Assembly (NCBI GenBank): GCA_002189035.1
Contig: NEEC01000009.1
Coordinates: 124,001 to 188,000 of the forward strand
DNA length: 64,000 bases
Reading direction: 5' to 3'
Source: Utricularia gibba
Lineage: Eukaryota > Plantae > Magnoliophyta
Part shown: positions 37,412 to 49,499 of the stretch, one piece after another
Position numbering within the stretch: position 1 is the stretch's first letter
Layout: every line of letters begins with the position of its first letter
Translations under genes and position numbers: made by a program
Notes under the pieces: model-generated
Database searches by the model: none
What the model was told of the DNA's origin: nothing
What the model saw: the letters and a program-made list of their open reading frames with translations, nothing else

Positions 37412-38819
37412 TGTGAGGATTCAAGCTTTAAGGTCTTTGCTCTTTAGTTTTAACTTGTTCTACTTCATACTTGTCTAACCAATCAAATGTATTGAAGTGA
37501 CCACCATTATGTGCGTACCACGTGTCATCTCGCATGTGCGTCACATGTCCTATTGCATGTGCGCCATGTGTCCTATCGCATGTGTGCCACGTGTATATCA
37601 TGCATGAATCGCACATGCCGCACGTAAAACGAGGATAAGATGTAGACAGGAATATATATATGATGGAATGTAAGGTTCTTTCATTTATTTTTGAGTTTTA
37701 CAAAGACGAGGAGGAGAAGTTGGAAGGAAAGGTTATAATACCTTCAGTGAACGAAGCTTTAGAGTTGGTTTGGGGTCTAAGGTGTTAAGGTGAGTGACAT
37801 GATTGCTTTTGAAGATTTGATTATCTTTGAAACTGATTTCTACAAACTTATGTGCCTATGTGATATTGGTGTTTAATTTCTATTACTTTGGATGTGATTG
37901 TGTCTATGCTCAGAAACCTTTTAAGTTGCATGAAAATTCTAATAGGGGAATAGGTTATTTCACATTAATTCAAAAAAAGTTATTTTTGAGTCCTAAAAGT
38001 ATGATTCTTTTCACTTATAGTCACCCTTGTTATCTTTGAGATGATATTGCAATATGTATCTCTATGTACTATGTGATAAGTAAGATATGAAAGAATAGAG
38101 GGATATAGACGCATATCTTCAGCAACGTGGTTGTACCACGGGCACTATGACTGATATGTTAAGCATGTCTGAGGCACCATGTATAAGTATAAGGTCAAAA
38201 AATATAAAAGCTATACAAGATATGATATTATATGTTATGTATGGTTTGAGTTTGTGGTTTTATGGTTGGAGGTGGCTCTCTTGAGCATGGAACCATGGAC
38301 AAGGGCATTTTATGTCTCACCTATCATGGACTGATAGCAAAGCCAAGCTTAGATAGACATGAAAAGTGAGAAAAGATAGCTATGGGGATTCACAATGCAT
38401 TTCAAGTTTCTTTTATAAACACTTTATGTTCTTTCTTGATCTTCACTTGTTTTAAAACTCAAAAGCATGACCACTCTTTTATTTTTTTAGGGGATGAAGG
38501 GAGCCAGTAGAGGTCCAGTGATCAATCATGCTTTCCAGAGTTCTATGAATATGATTATATAGTAGTATAGCTTGTTTATTAGGTTTGTATGAGTATGATA
38601 TATGTATGTATAATGTACTTTTCGTTTTGAATCTATTTTATTATGAACTTATGAACTATGTTATACAAAAGTACTGAGACAAATATCTAGTTTACGTATG
38701 TGATTACCCATTTAATGTTATTAGATCATGTAATGAAAGACATTCTAAGTTCTAGTGTTTTAGCTAGGACTGGAGGGTCACGACTCATCTTTCCTAGGCT
38801 CTAAAAGTGGGTTGTGACA
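37412..38819. mobile_element. Solo LTR (probably gypsy Tekay/Del-like) nested in copia RT
   Basis: TGTGAGG...TGTGACA termini and TSD GTTAT/GTGAT (one mismatch). The RT frame QCVMI|LYMDNMLIF rejoins on removal. Confidence 0.8.
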
Positions 38820-39290
38820 GTGATCATCACACATTGACCATTAATAGCCTTAGAATAACATATTTCTCAACTGAATTTAATTCAAAGCCTGATAATATTA
38901 TGACTTCATCAAATTTTTCATACCACTATTTAGGAGCTTGTTTCAAGCCATAAAGTAACTTTTTCAATCGACACACTTTCTTTTGGTCTCCAGCTTTTAT
39001 ATAACCCTCACGTTGAAACATGTAGATTTCTTACTCCAATTCAATATTCAAGAATATCATTTTGACATCCATTTGGTAAAGCGTCCAATTATGCACAAAT
39101 GCCATTGTAAAGAGTTGTCATATGGTAAAGAAGCGAACTATTGGGGCAAATATCTTAAAGTAGTTAACACCTTATTTCAGTGTGAAACCCTTTATTACTA
39201 GTCAAGCCTTGTATTATCTAATTTACCATTTGTAAGGAGTTTTTTTCTTAGAGATACTTTTGCTCTCAATTGGATTTGTCCTATAGAGTA

Positions 39291-40601
39291 TGTTAAGTGT
39301 CATTTTCTAGTTATTTATTATATATTATTACATGTTATTTAAGTGTTGAGTCGCACAATTTATGGTTTATATTGATAAGTATTCTATTTTTTTTAAAAAA
39401 ATCCTATTTTTGTATTTTTCACATATTTTGTTATCTTTTTTCATGTACTTTCACAAAAAATGTCAAGAGGTAGGCTTGAAGTGTTGCAAGAGACTTGCAT
39501 GAGATCAGACCTGACGTTTTGTGACTTACACATGACTTTGGTCAATTTTGGATGGAAGACTGACACTAGTCAGAACCCTTGACTTACCGCATGCCAAAGT
39601 TTGCAGCAATGATTGAGCGCTTACTTGCACACATGAGAAAGCTGGTGGCGCACACAAGATAAAAGGAATGATGGAAGGGGAGCAAAAAAAGTTAATGCAC
39701 GTGGAAAGTGAGATAAAATCAACTTGGAAAACTTGTTTTTGGACTTTTGACACATTCTTCTTAAACTTAGAACTTTTTGGTTCTTCCTTTCCACGAAGGG
39801 AGGAAGAACACTTTAGCTTTCCATTTTCGTTTTCTGTTTTCATGGTCATTCATGACTAAACCCTTTTAATTTATTGAAATAGATGAACTTTCCTTTCTAG
39901 TTCTTGAGCTTTAATCTAGGTTCATTGTTGAACTCGTTCCGGATTTTCTATACTCCCACACATTTTTTTGTAGCCTTTTTTAAAGACTTCTAGTCACTGT
40001 TCATGAGTAGCAGGCCACTCCTCATGAATTTCGATAAAGAGAAAGGTAAATAGCAACATCTCTAACCCTATCCGTTCGAGGAAAGTAGCGAATTATTTGT
40101 GACAGAGGTATCATGATAATGGACAAGTAATGACCTCGTACTTTCGATTGGTCATTGACAATAGTTGGGCATACATGTACAATTCGGTTTTGAAGCAATC
40201 GACGACAATCCTCTTGTCTTCTCAATCGTCCAAGGAGAAACCACATGTAACTATTTCTGTGACTCCTTGTCAATCAAAGTGTAAGCGAGAGTAAACTGTT
40301 TCTTGCTCCTATAACAAGCTATTTAAAGGAATCAGTGAAAGTTGACACGGGGATAGACAAAGGGAGAAAATGGAATCTATTTCCTAGGCATTGCAACATT
40401 TAGTCAAGGTCCATTCCTTGTGTTGTATCTTTTATTTCTGTATTTCAAAAACCCCTTTTTACAAACACGTGACAATTTGTAATAGTTTTCTACAAAACAC
40501 TTTTTGCAAAACTCAACTCCCTAAGATTGATACTTGCAATACGCTTTTTTGTGTTGTACATTTTTCAAAATTAAAATTTGTTAAGGAAACGACACACAAT
40601 A
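39291..40601. mobile_element. Solo LTR (probably Athila-like) nested in copia RT
   Basis: Starts TGTTAAG and ends ...ACACAATA (CA probably decayed to TA). TSD GAGTA/GAATA. The RT motif EIVDL|..TNPIE rejoins on removal. Confidence 0.65.
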
Positions 40602-43600
40602 GAATAGGTCTACTATTTCTCATATCTTATTTTTATAAATCCAATCCATCTCACTATCAATGTCCTCCATCCACAATGGAGCATTTGAGGAAGTAATCAC
40701 ATCATGATAAGTGAAAGTATCTCCACTAGTGCGATACACATAGAAGTCATTGTTAAATCTAGACTCTGTTCTTTGCCTTTTGCATCGTCTCACATGCAAT
40801 TCCTTCAAGGGTTTACTAATTTCAGCAATTTCATGAATAGATATCTCATCACCATCATCTAGTTGATTTCTGGTTAGAGTAAAGATGTGGTCGAAGAATT
40901 CTACATTCTTTGTCTCTAAACACCACTCTTGAGTACAAGAACTTCATATGCAATACTCCCTTGTGCATATCCTAGATGATTAGATATTTTTGACGCAATT
41001 TTCCTTTTCTTGGGATTAGGTAATATCACTTTTGCTAAATACCCCCACACTCTTAAATATTTAAGATTTGATGTGTAGCCTTTCCATATCTTATATGAAA
41101 TTTTTTTCTATTTTCTTGTGTGAGATTCTGTTTTGAACTTGAAAAGTTGTGAGAATCGATTCCCCTAACATTTCATTTGGAGTGTTGGAAGTAATAAACA
41201 TTGAATTCTTCATTTCCTTTAATATCCTATTTTTCCTTTCAGCCACTCCATTGCATTTAGGGGAATAGGGAGTCTTCTCATGTATTATTCCATGCTTGTG
41301 GTAGAAGTCTTTGAATAATTCATACTCACCCCCTCTATTAGATCTAACTCTCTTTATTATCTTGTAAAGCTAGTTTTTTCTTTCACTTTTATGTTTCAAC
41401 AAATACACATGAGCATATCTAAAGCAATCATTAATAAAGTAATCGTGAACTTATTTGCACCTCTAGGTAAGCACATTTTATCATCACATACATTTGATTG
41501 AATCAATGCAAGCAATTTACATTCTCTATTTACACAAGTCTCACACTTAGCAAGTAAATCATTTAATTTTGGAATTAAATCTAATTGTTGCATTCTTTTC
41601 ATGTAGGCAAAGTTAACGTGACGTATTCTAGCATATAAAATATTAAAAGAACACATCATATGAGTAGAATCAACTTTATTATCAAAAATAGCATAAATGT
41701 TCATCACATACAACTCCTGTCTACTGATGTATCATTTCTCAACAAAGATATTGTCGATAAACAACTGAATGATTCGACAATAGATTGCGAACATCGGAGA
41801 TGATTCATGGCAGATAAGTATACACATGAGGATTAGGGTTTGTTGGTGGCAGCACAATGATCAGATTTGCATCAAGGAAGACCGCTAGACATGTTTCGGT
41901 GTTGGTAAACAAAGCATAGGTGACCAGCGGTGCAAATAGCATATGGTAAGAGTTTTCAGAAGAGGCAGCAGCTAGATCCATTGAGATAACTCCTTTAGAT
42001 TGATCACAACCTCAAGCATGTAACATGTTGTTCTAAATGATTTATCAACCCCGTAGGATTTAAGAGGCTCTTCAAAAACATGATCTCGTTATGGAAAAAT
42101 TAGACAAATATATACATCTAATCCAAATGGGCTCGAGAAAAAATGAGGCAAAACGTGAGGTTGACCCACACATGAGACACTTTTAGGATCAATTTTGCAC
42201 CCCATTTCCCTTGCAAAAGGTTTTGGGGCTCTTCGGAAACCCAACCCGATCTAATACATTAGATCCTACATGCACACAAAGTCCAACTCATTCCATCTAG
42301 CCTAATGAGTTGGCATCTCATATAAACTGATTGAAAAGGAATTCAACTAAAATTTCCAACAAAATTTGACAACTGAATAAGCAAACATGTGTCGAATTCC
42401 ACATTATTAGAACCAAGATTGGTGAAAACGAACAAGAGAGGGAAGAGATGCACATTGTACTAGCAAATATAATACAAGGTATGTCTCCCCTACCAATCCT
42501 AATGGAGTACTTTTGGATATTAAGATTATTGGTTCAAAACCAATTAAGTTAATTTTTTTCCTTGCGTCTAATGATGTAGAGTGATAGCTCATTATTCAAG
42601 ATTTGGCTACCGTAGGTTTAAGACTTTGTCTTGTTTTTCATTGTTTTATTACTGAATAATATGTCGCTTGAAGATTTGCATCCCTTGTTTTGAATTTTTT
42701 TTCATCTCTTATTTGAAATTTTTTTATGATTATTGAGACATGATACAAACAATGAAAGAATTCCATTTAATTCTCCTACTCTTTTTCCTTCATTCTTTTT
42801 GTTTTCTTGCATTTAACTTTCTCTCTTTATACAATTAATCTTTTTAATCATCGCAGCATATATTGACATGTTTTAACGCATGGGTTATGGATACAGTAAG
42901 CGTTCCAATCAACATGATTCCACCTTATGTACAAGTTATGAAATAAGTGACTTTCTTAATTGGAAACCTCCTAATACACTTGACTTTGCCTCCTATAATA
43001 CTTGGATGATACCACACAAAAATACAGTGCAAAAATACACAATATCATAATGATAACAATATCTTTTTTTATAAAAGTCTAATAATTCTTAATATAATTT
43101 CTCATTAGACCACTTAATTCTAAATTAACATCAAATAAGTGTTAAAAACATTATATTGTTTTTTATGCGTCAATTTCACTTGCTTGCATTTTAAGTTATG
43201 TGAATGGATTCTCTTCTACCAGACAACATTGGGAAGGTTGCATTGCAATGCTTGCAATTTAAACATGTGCGCTAATAATTGACTACTTGCCAGTGGTGCG
43301 AAGATTGCATTGTAGTGTTCTCATCTCCTTGTTTGATATAAAGGTTAAGGGTTGTTTTAACATGGGTTAAGTGAAATTCTATTATTTGATATGTTGGTTT
43401 AATTATGCCCATATGTTATCCACATATATTGGTATATATATATACACCTAAGAGGAAGGTGTAGTTATTTTTATACTTAGTATTAAAGTTACATTTGTAT
43501 CCTTATTTTTTTAATTATATAATTATATTTAATGATTTTAATTATTATATTTTTATTGAATTTGATTATTTTGTCTACCCAATACTCTCACAAGCCCTAA

Positions 43601-44485
43601 TTCCATAACCTCATGGCACAGCTCTAGATCAAAATGGGGGAAGGTCCTATATTCTAGAATGAGGTAATATTTATTTTGACCCTACTATTTAGGCAAAAAT
43701 GACAAGAATGACCAAATTGTTTTTTTCCAATAGTGTGTTAGGCAAAAATAACCCAATTGATTGACAAAAAATGGTAGCACTATTTGTAGATAATACAAAC
43801 TTCACCAAACAGATTTTATATATAGTATTCTTTTAACTCAATAGTTTTCGAGCTTGACACATTTAGTTGTATAGGATATTCTGTTTAAACCCACGTTATT
43901 GCCGGTTCAACAATAAAAATAACTTAAGCCGATTGTGGCATGGGCAGAAATGACCCAACTAATAGTTGCCCATTTTGTTTCAGCTCATAGTATTTAAATA
44001 AAAGCCTACAAGGAAGGAGTTTGTCTCTCCCATTTCTTTCTACACAATTTGTCCAGATTAGTACGTTGGAATCAGATCGCGTGGCTTCTTCATCAGACAA
44101 CAAGTCCTGAGATATCATCGCTCATTTCAATGTGCTCATCTATAGTCGTTCCTTTACATCAGGTAAAAATATACAAATTTGTTGGGAGATGTAGAGATGA
44201 TTTAAATATTTATGAGGTTGGATTGTGTTGGGTTTTTCTAATTTTAACATATTAAGATAGATTTTGTATTAGTTGCCACTGGGTGTTGTGAGATCTAGAG
44301 ATAATTAGTTTCATTGAAGGGTTTTTGCACCTAGGGTTTGTGTAAAGAGTTCCCGAACAAAATCTAGTTATCGAGATACATTGGGATTTTGAGTTACTTG
44401 CTGGATGTTTTTCAAAGTTTTTGTATTGATTATAAGTTTTATTTAACTCACTTTGTTTTTTCTTCCATTTTCCAGTTTTAGGACA

Positions 44486-47400
44486 ATGGATTCAGATGAT
44501 GAGACATTACCTGATCTAGAATATGATAGTGATTACGTGAATGATTTTTACGAGATTTTGGATACACACTTTCCAACTGATACACATGCGAAGAGCGATG
44601 TTGAGAAGCATCTGAGGAGTAAAGATGAATAAGATGCGAATTGTAAAATATTCCAATATTAAGATGTGAAGATGTGAAGCTAACCATCAATTATAACAGA
44701 CGAAGGAGGGAGCCAAGTGGGAGAGGAAACTCTAAAATGGTTTAATATTGATCTTGGGTGGACTATTCAAGAGTTAGAATAAGTCCAAGATCATTATTGA
44801 TTAATTTGGGATGCAAAGAAAATCGATGTGTTCTTGTACTTGATACATTGCTCTTGGACTACCAAAAAAGGAGTGAAGCTGCCATCCATAGGTAGTTCTT
44901 GTTTTGGATGATACTAAATGACATATGGCTTGAGTATCTAATTGGTTTCACTTAGAATGTTTTATGTGATCCTCATAGCAAACAGAGAAACTGAAGACAA
45001 TGCTTTAAAGGTTTCGATCAATTGACCTTTAGGGCACGTTTGGTTGCTGGGTTTGGTGTAAACCCATGTTTAATTTATGTGGATTTAGGTAACCCAGTTT
45101 TATGGATTTAGCGAGTGTAAATCGTGTTTGGTTGATGGGTTTACATTATTTGGGTTTAAATGAATACACGTTTGGTACGTGGGTAAAAAATTGGGTTTAT
45201 AGATAATTTTTATGGGAATTTACCAATATAGCCTTTCCCAACAATAAACTATTCCTCTTTATTACCATTTGTTTTCCCTTTTATCCACCGACTTTCATAC
45301 CCTGTTGTCACGGTACTGCCACCCGACGAGATCTCCTGTTTTCACAAGGAATTGAGAGTGAAGAGCCATGGGTTAAGTCGAGATTGTATACTACCTTCGT
45401 TGCATAGAGTTTTTCGTTTGAAATTCGTTGAATTTTGAGTCAATTTTACGGTTTACTTGTTGTAAGTGCTCGGTGTAGGTGTTTTGTTCTTGCTGTTTTC
45501 TTTCCTCCTGCATAGATTGCAGGTATGCACAGCCCAATCGTGGAGGAAGACTCTCACAAGAAAATGAAACGCGCCTAGAAGCTAGATGACGAGAAAAACT
45601 TGTTGTACGCTTTGAAGTAGATAGTGAAAGAATGCTGGAAAATTGAGAATGGTGTTAGGGGTGGGTATCACTGAGCGTTGGAGACATAGTTCTTGAAACT
45701 CCGCCCTAGAACCGACATCCGCGCACACTCGCATATATCTAGCAAGGTGCATACCTAGAAAAAAGACTACTATATCCTTGTAGATTTTTTATCAAGTTCG
45801 GGCATCGGTTTCAGTGAGCTGACCTACATAGTAGACACTGATGAGGAGGTTTGGAAGGAGATTGATCAGGTACGTATGCCCTATTCTCGCTGTGTTATAT
45901 CCGATGTTTACCGTGTTATTATGTCAGCATGCACCCAAGCTGCGCCTCCTAAGACACAAAGCATGGCCGTATTACATGAAGTGCCAGGAAATCTTTGGAA
46001 AGGATCGGGCTATAGAAGATAATACGATGAGCTATGTAGCCACGACCAGGAAGAGGAAATTCACAAAAGATGTTGGGGAGAATCTGGAAGCATCTTTGGA
46101 TTGCCCTATGGACTAGGATAACACTGGACATGATATGAACTTCTCATATGCTGACACATCTTGTGACTCAATTGGTTGTGCTGCGGAGGGTGTGAACGTC
46201 ACGCTTAGTAGGGACTCTGGGTCACACCATAGCACCGACTCGTCACGGTGGACTGGACAAAGCGGTAGGGACTGGGGGAATCGATGATGATGTGCAGTAC
46301 ATCAAAGAAATGAAGGAGCAGAACGTGCCCACATGCCTTCTACGTCACTTGGGATTAACAGTGGTGCAGCAAGCGCGGGAGTTAGTGGACAATCGGCATC
46401 AGGCAGGGCAGATCATTAGAGGTATGCAGTTGCAATTAACGGACATCCAACGTTTTACCATAGCAGAGACGATTAGTTCCAACCCTGCAAGGTTGCGCTA
46501 CTTCCTTGGCTGCAGTGATTGTGAAAGAGAGCTGATAGTGCGTGGTTTAGCATCCGAACGAATATCTTAAATTTGTTGTGCATAGGATGGCCTTATGTTG
46601 GACTCATGGGTTAGATATATTTCACCTTCTAAGCATCCTTCAAGCAAATACCCTGTATTCCACATGAAAATGTAGGCATAGGACGATTGCAGGTAACTGG
46701 TACGAGCACCGCGAATAGTAGAAACTGTTCTGATGCCGTTGGTGGAAGCACCACGTATGAACAAGCGCGGTGCTTCGTTGTTGGACACTCTTCCGCAAAT
46801 GCGGTGCTGCAACTACCGCCACACTCAGTGCGGTGCTATCGAGTAGTGATGGACTAGCACCACATTGGTGTTGCATATTACGAAGCACCACGTTTAGACA
46901 CAAGGTTTCAAATCAAGTGATGGCACCGGATGTTACAACATGCGGTGCCACCGCGATCAGTGTTCGATCACAAACTCAACTTGTATAGGAATCTTGTGTG
47001 TAAGTGAATACCTGCATCTCACCCTATATCCCCTACGGTATTTTTTTTCCAATATAAGCGTACTAACACATTCATCTACACCGAGTATTCAGTCAAAACT
47101 GCTATTGCCGCACTCAAGATGACATGACCCTCCATGAAAAAATCCATGTCCACTCAATAGTCGCAAAAATCGAGCAAAATAAATCCACACACACAGCAAC
47201 ACAGATTCTGAAATTGGAAAGTCACAGATAAAAACCCACTATGCGGTGCTGCCGTAGTTGGACAAGCGCAGTGCTACTATGGACCAACCCACCAAGAACA
47301 GAAAGCACACTTACCGAAAGACCCAGATTATTTGCGCCCAAAGAAGACGCGACGCCATCGGCAAATCACGAAGAAAGTCAGGGTTGTAGATCTGCGTTCA

Positions 47401-48000
47401 AATGTGGTTCACGCAAGGGCAAAAGTGGAAGCGCCAAGCTGGGTTTAGCTAAACCGATCCCCCCTAGGTTTAGCTAAACCCAGCTTCACGGGTTCCCGCC
47501 CGATTTATGGTCAATAGGTGGGTTTATTTTTACCCACCCTAAACCCACGAACCAAACGTGGGTTTATGTCTAAGTCCACGCCGCAACCCACCTAAACCCA
47601 GCAATCAAACACGCCTTTAGTGAGTAATATGTAGTGATGTTGTTTCGCTTTATGTTACAAATATTATTGGTGTGTTCATTTGACAGGTGCCTTTACAAGA
47701 GGGAAGATTTGAGTGTGGGATTTATACGTTGATGTACTTTGACTTATTCATAGCACAAAAACCGGAGAAATAGATGCTAGATGGTTGCCCTCACTTTGTA
47801 AGTAATGACTTCTCAATAGTATTTTTAGTGTTGTTTCATATTATATAGTAATTAAAATCTTATTTTGTAGATGGTTCTCGAGTAATTTATTGATGATAAA
47901 ATTCAAAAGTTTGCACAAGATATGCGAATTTCACACTATAGATGCAAGATTCCAGATGTGGGAACACAGCAAGATGAAAAGATGGATTCTTATCTTTGAG
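44486..48000 (+). pseudogene. Ulp1-like (C48) SUMO-protease pseudogene within the MULE
   Basis: Spliced remnants DHY*LIWDAK/NRCVLVLDTL (44790-44850) and VPLQEGRFECGIYTLMYFDLF (47687-47750) give His, Asp, Gln and Cys in Ulp1 order. There are in-frame stops and a frameshift. Confidence 0.65.
45032..47616 (+). mobile_element. PIF/Harbinger element with a decayed Myb/SANT-like ORF (+, about 45520-46570) and a transposase remnant (-)
   Basis: TIRs GGGCACGTTTGGTTGCTGGGTTT and AAACCCAGCAATCAAACACGCCT, TTA TSD on both sides, motif WKIENGVRGGY..ALET. Confidence 0.88.
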
Positions 48001-49499
48001 TTATTAGCACTGCAAATTCAATTTTTGTGAACGTATGAAACATAGTTGCATCTTTGTAAGCACTGCAGTTTATATTTGGATTTTATTTTCGTCTGTGGTG
48101 ACTCAATTGTAACCGTAGCAATTGTTAGAAAAAAAAGTTTATTGAGGTGTCAATACTGGAGAAGAACAGTGTTATAATTTTCTTATTTGTAAAAGATGTT
48201 TGGTTTAAAATTTCTGTTATTACTTCTATACAAAATTTTCTTAATAGAAAGCATCTTCGAATGGCATGCTTTCATGTTATTAGTTTTCTATTTATCGTCA
48301 ATCTTATTCGTAAAAGACAATTGTGTTTAATTCCGTATTTATTATTTTCTTTATTACAAAAACATATGATATGTTAAACAATTTTTTTTACAAATCAAGC
48401 AATTCAACAAATTATAAATTTTTTATATATGTTAAGAAAATAGGTGAACATATGTTCAATATCACAAAATATGATTTTGCACTTAATTATTTAGTAATAA
48501 TTTTTTACGTTTGAATTTATTCAAATCATCATCATTAATTAACGTTGAATTTATTGTATAATTTCTACACTAAAATAATGTTTTCAATGTCAAATTCAAC
48601 TTTCAATTCTATTTAGATTCAACCTCAAGAATCCAAATTGAAACTCTCATTATACATTTCAATAAAATAAAAACAACATGTATTACAATAATGAATTCAT
48701 ATTTTTGAAAAATTCAAATTTTTTAATCAATTTTTTTATCTTATATCTCATTTAATTTACGAGTTTTAATATAAATGTTGCGATCTTTATAAACACTATA
48801 ATTTTTTAAAAAAATGAAACAGCGATCAATATAGACCAAAATGCATATAGTGATTGAGTTAAATCACCCAAAAACAGATAACGTTCAACCATAGTACCCC
48901 ATCCACAAGAACGTTAGGGCAAAAATTACATAAATGAAAATATGAATTGGGTCAAAATAGTTCTAAATAAAATTTATTAGATTAAAAAAGTTACAAACAA
49001 ATAATTGTTGGGTCACAAGTATAGATCACATGGGTCAATATAATTGAACTGGAAAAACAGTGGGTCATATAAGTTAGACCGATTCAAAATAAGTAGATCA
49101 AAATACATAAATTAAATAAACAGTAACCTCACAACTACCATCACCCCATTCTAGAATATTTCAAGTGAATGTTCTTTATGCCTTGAAAATCGTAACTTTT
49201 TTTTGATTTCATAAGTTGTCATTTTTTGTTTTTATTTATACACCTTGCTATTCTTTGGAAGATTGTACTAGCATGGAATTTTTTTTCACATATTTCAGTT
49301 TTATTATTGTATCATGTGCAACGAAAATGTAACAGTTTGGATGCAATTATTGCAACTATTTTGTCGCTTTTCTTTCATTGCACCGATAGTGTACACATAA
49401 GACAGAGTTTTAACATATGTTTAAAAAAGGAACACGATTTTGTATGAATATATAATTTTATTATATATATATATATATTCAGTTATTATAGTGAAGAAT

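Larger units (their letters stand above)
35627..42361 (-). mobile_element. Full-length decayed Ty1/copia element with paired LTRs (about 35627-35971 and about 41900-42361)
   Basis: Both LTRs start TGTTGGAAATTT on the minus strand and align (AAACCCAAC..GATCTAATA.ATTAGA). TSD AAATT at 35622-35626 and 42362-42366, PPT beside 35972, and minus-strand integrase, RT (MDNMLIFG) and RNaseH remnants. The inner end of the 5' LTR is approximate. Confidence 0.85.
43661..49147 (+). mobile_element. Mutator-like element (MULE) carrying a Ulp1-like gene, with no transposase seen
   Basis: Perfect 10-bp TSD ATTCTAGAAT (43651-43660, 49148-49157). Termini GAGGTAA... and ...TCACCCC, with degenerate subterminal TTTTGACC motifs at both ends. 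Confidence 0.75.
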
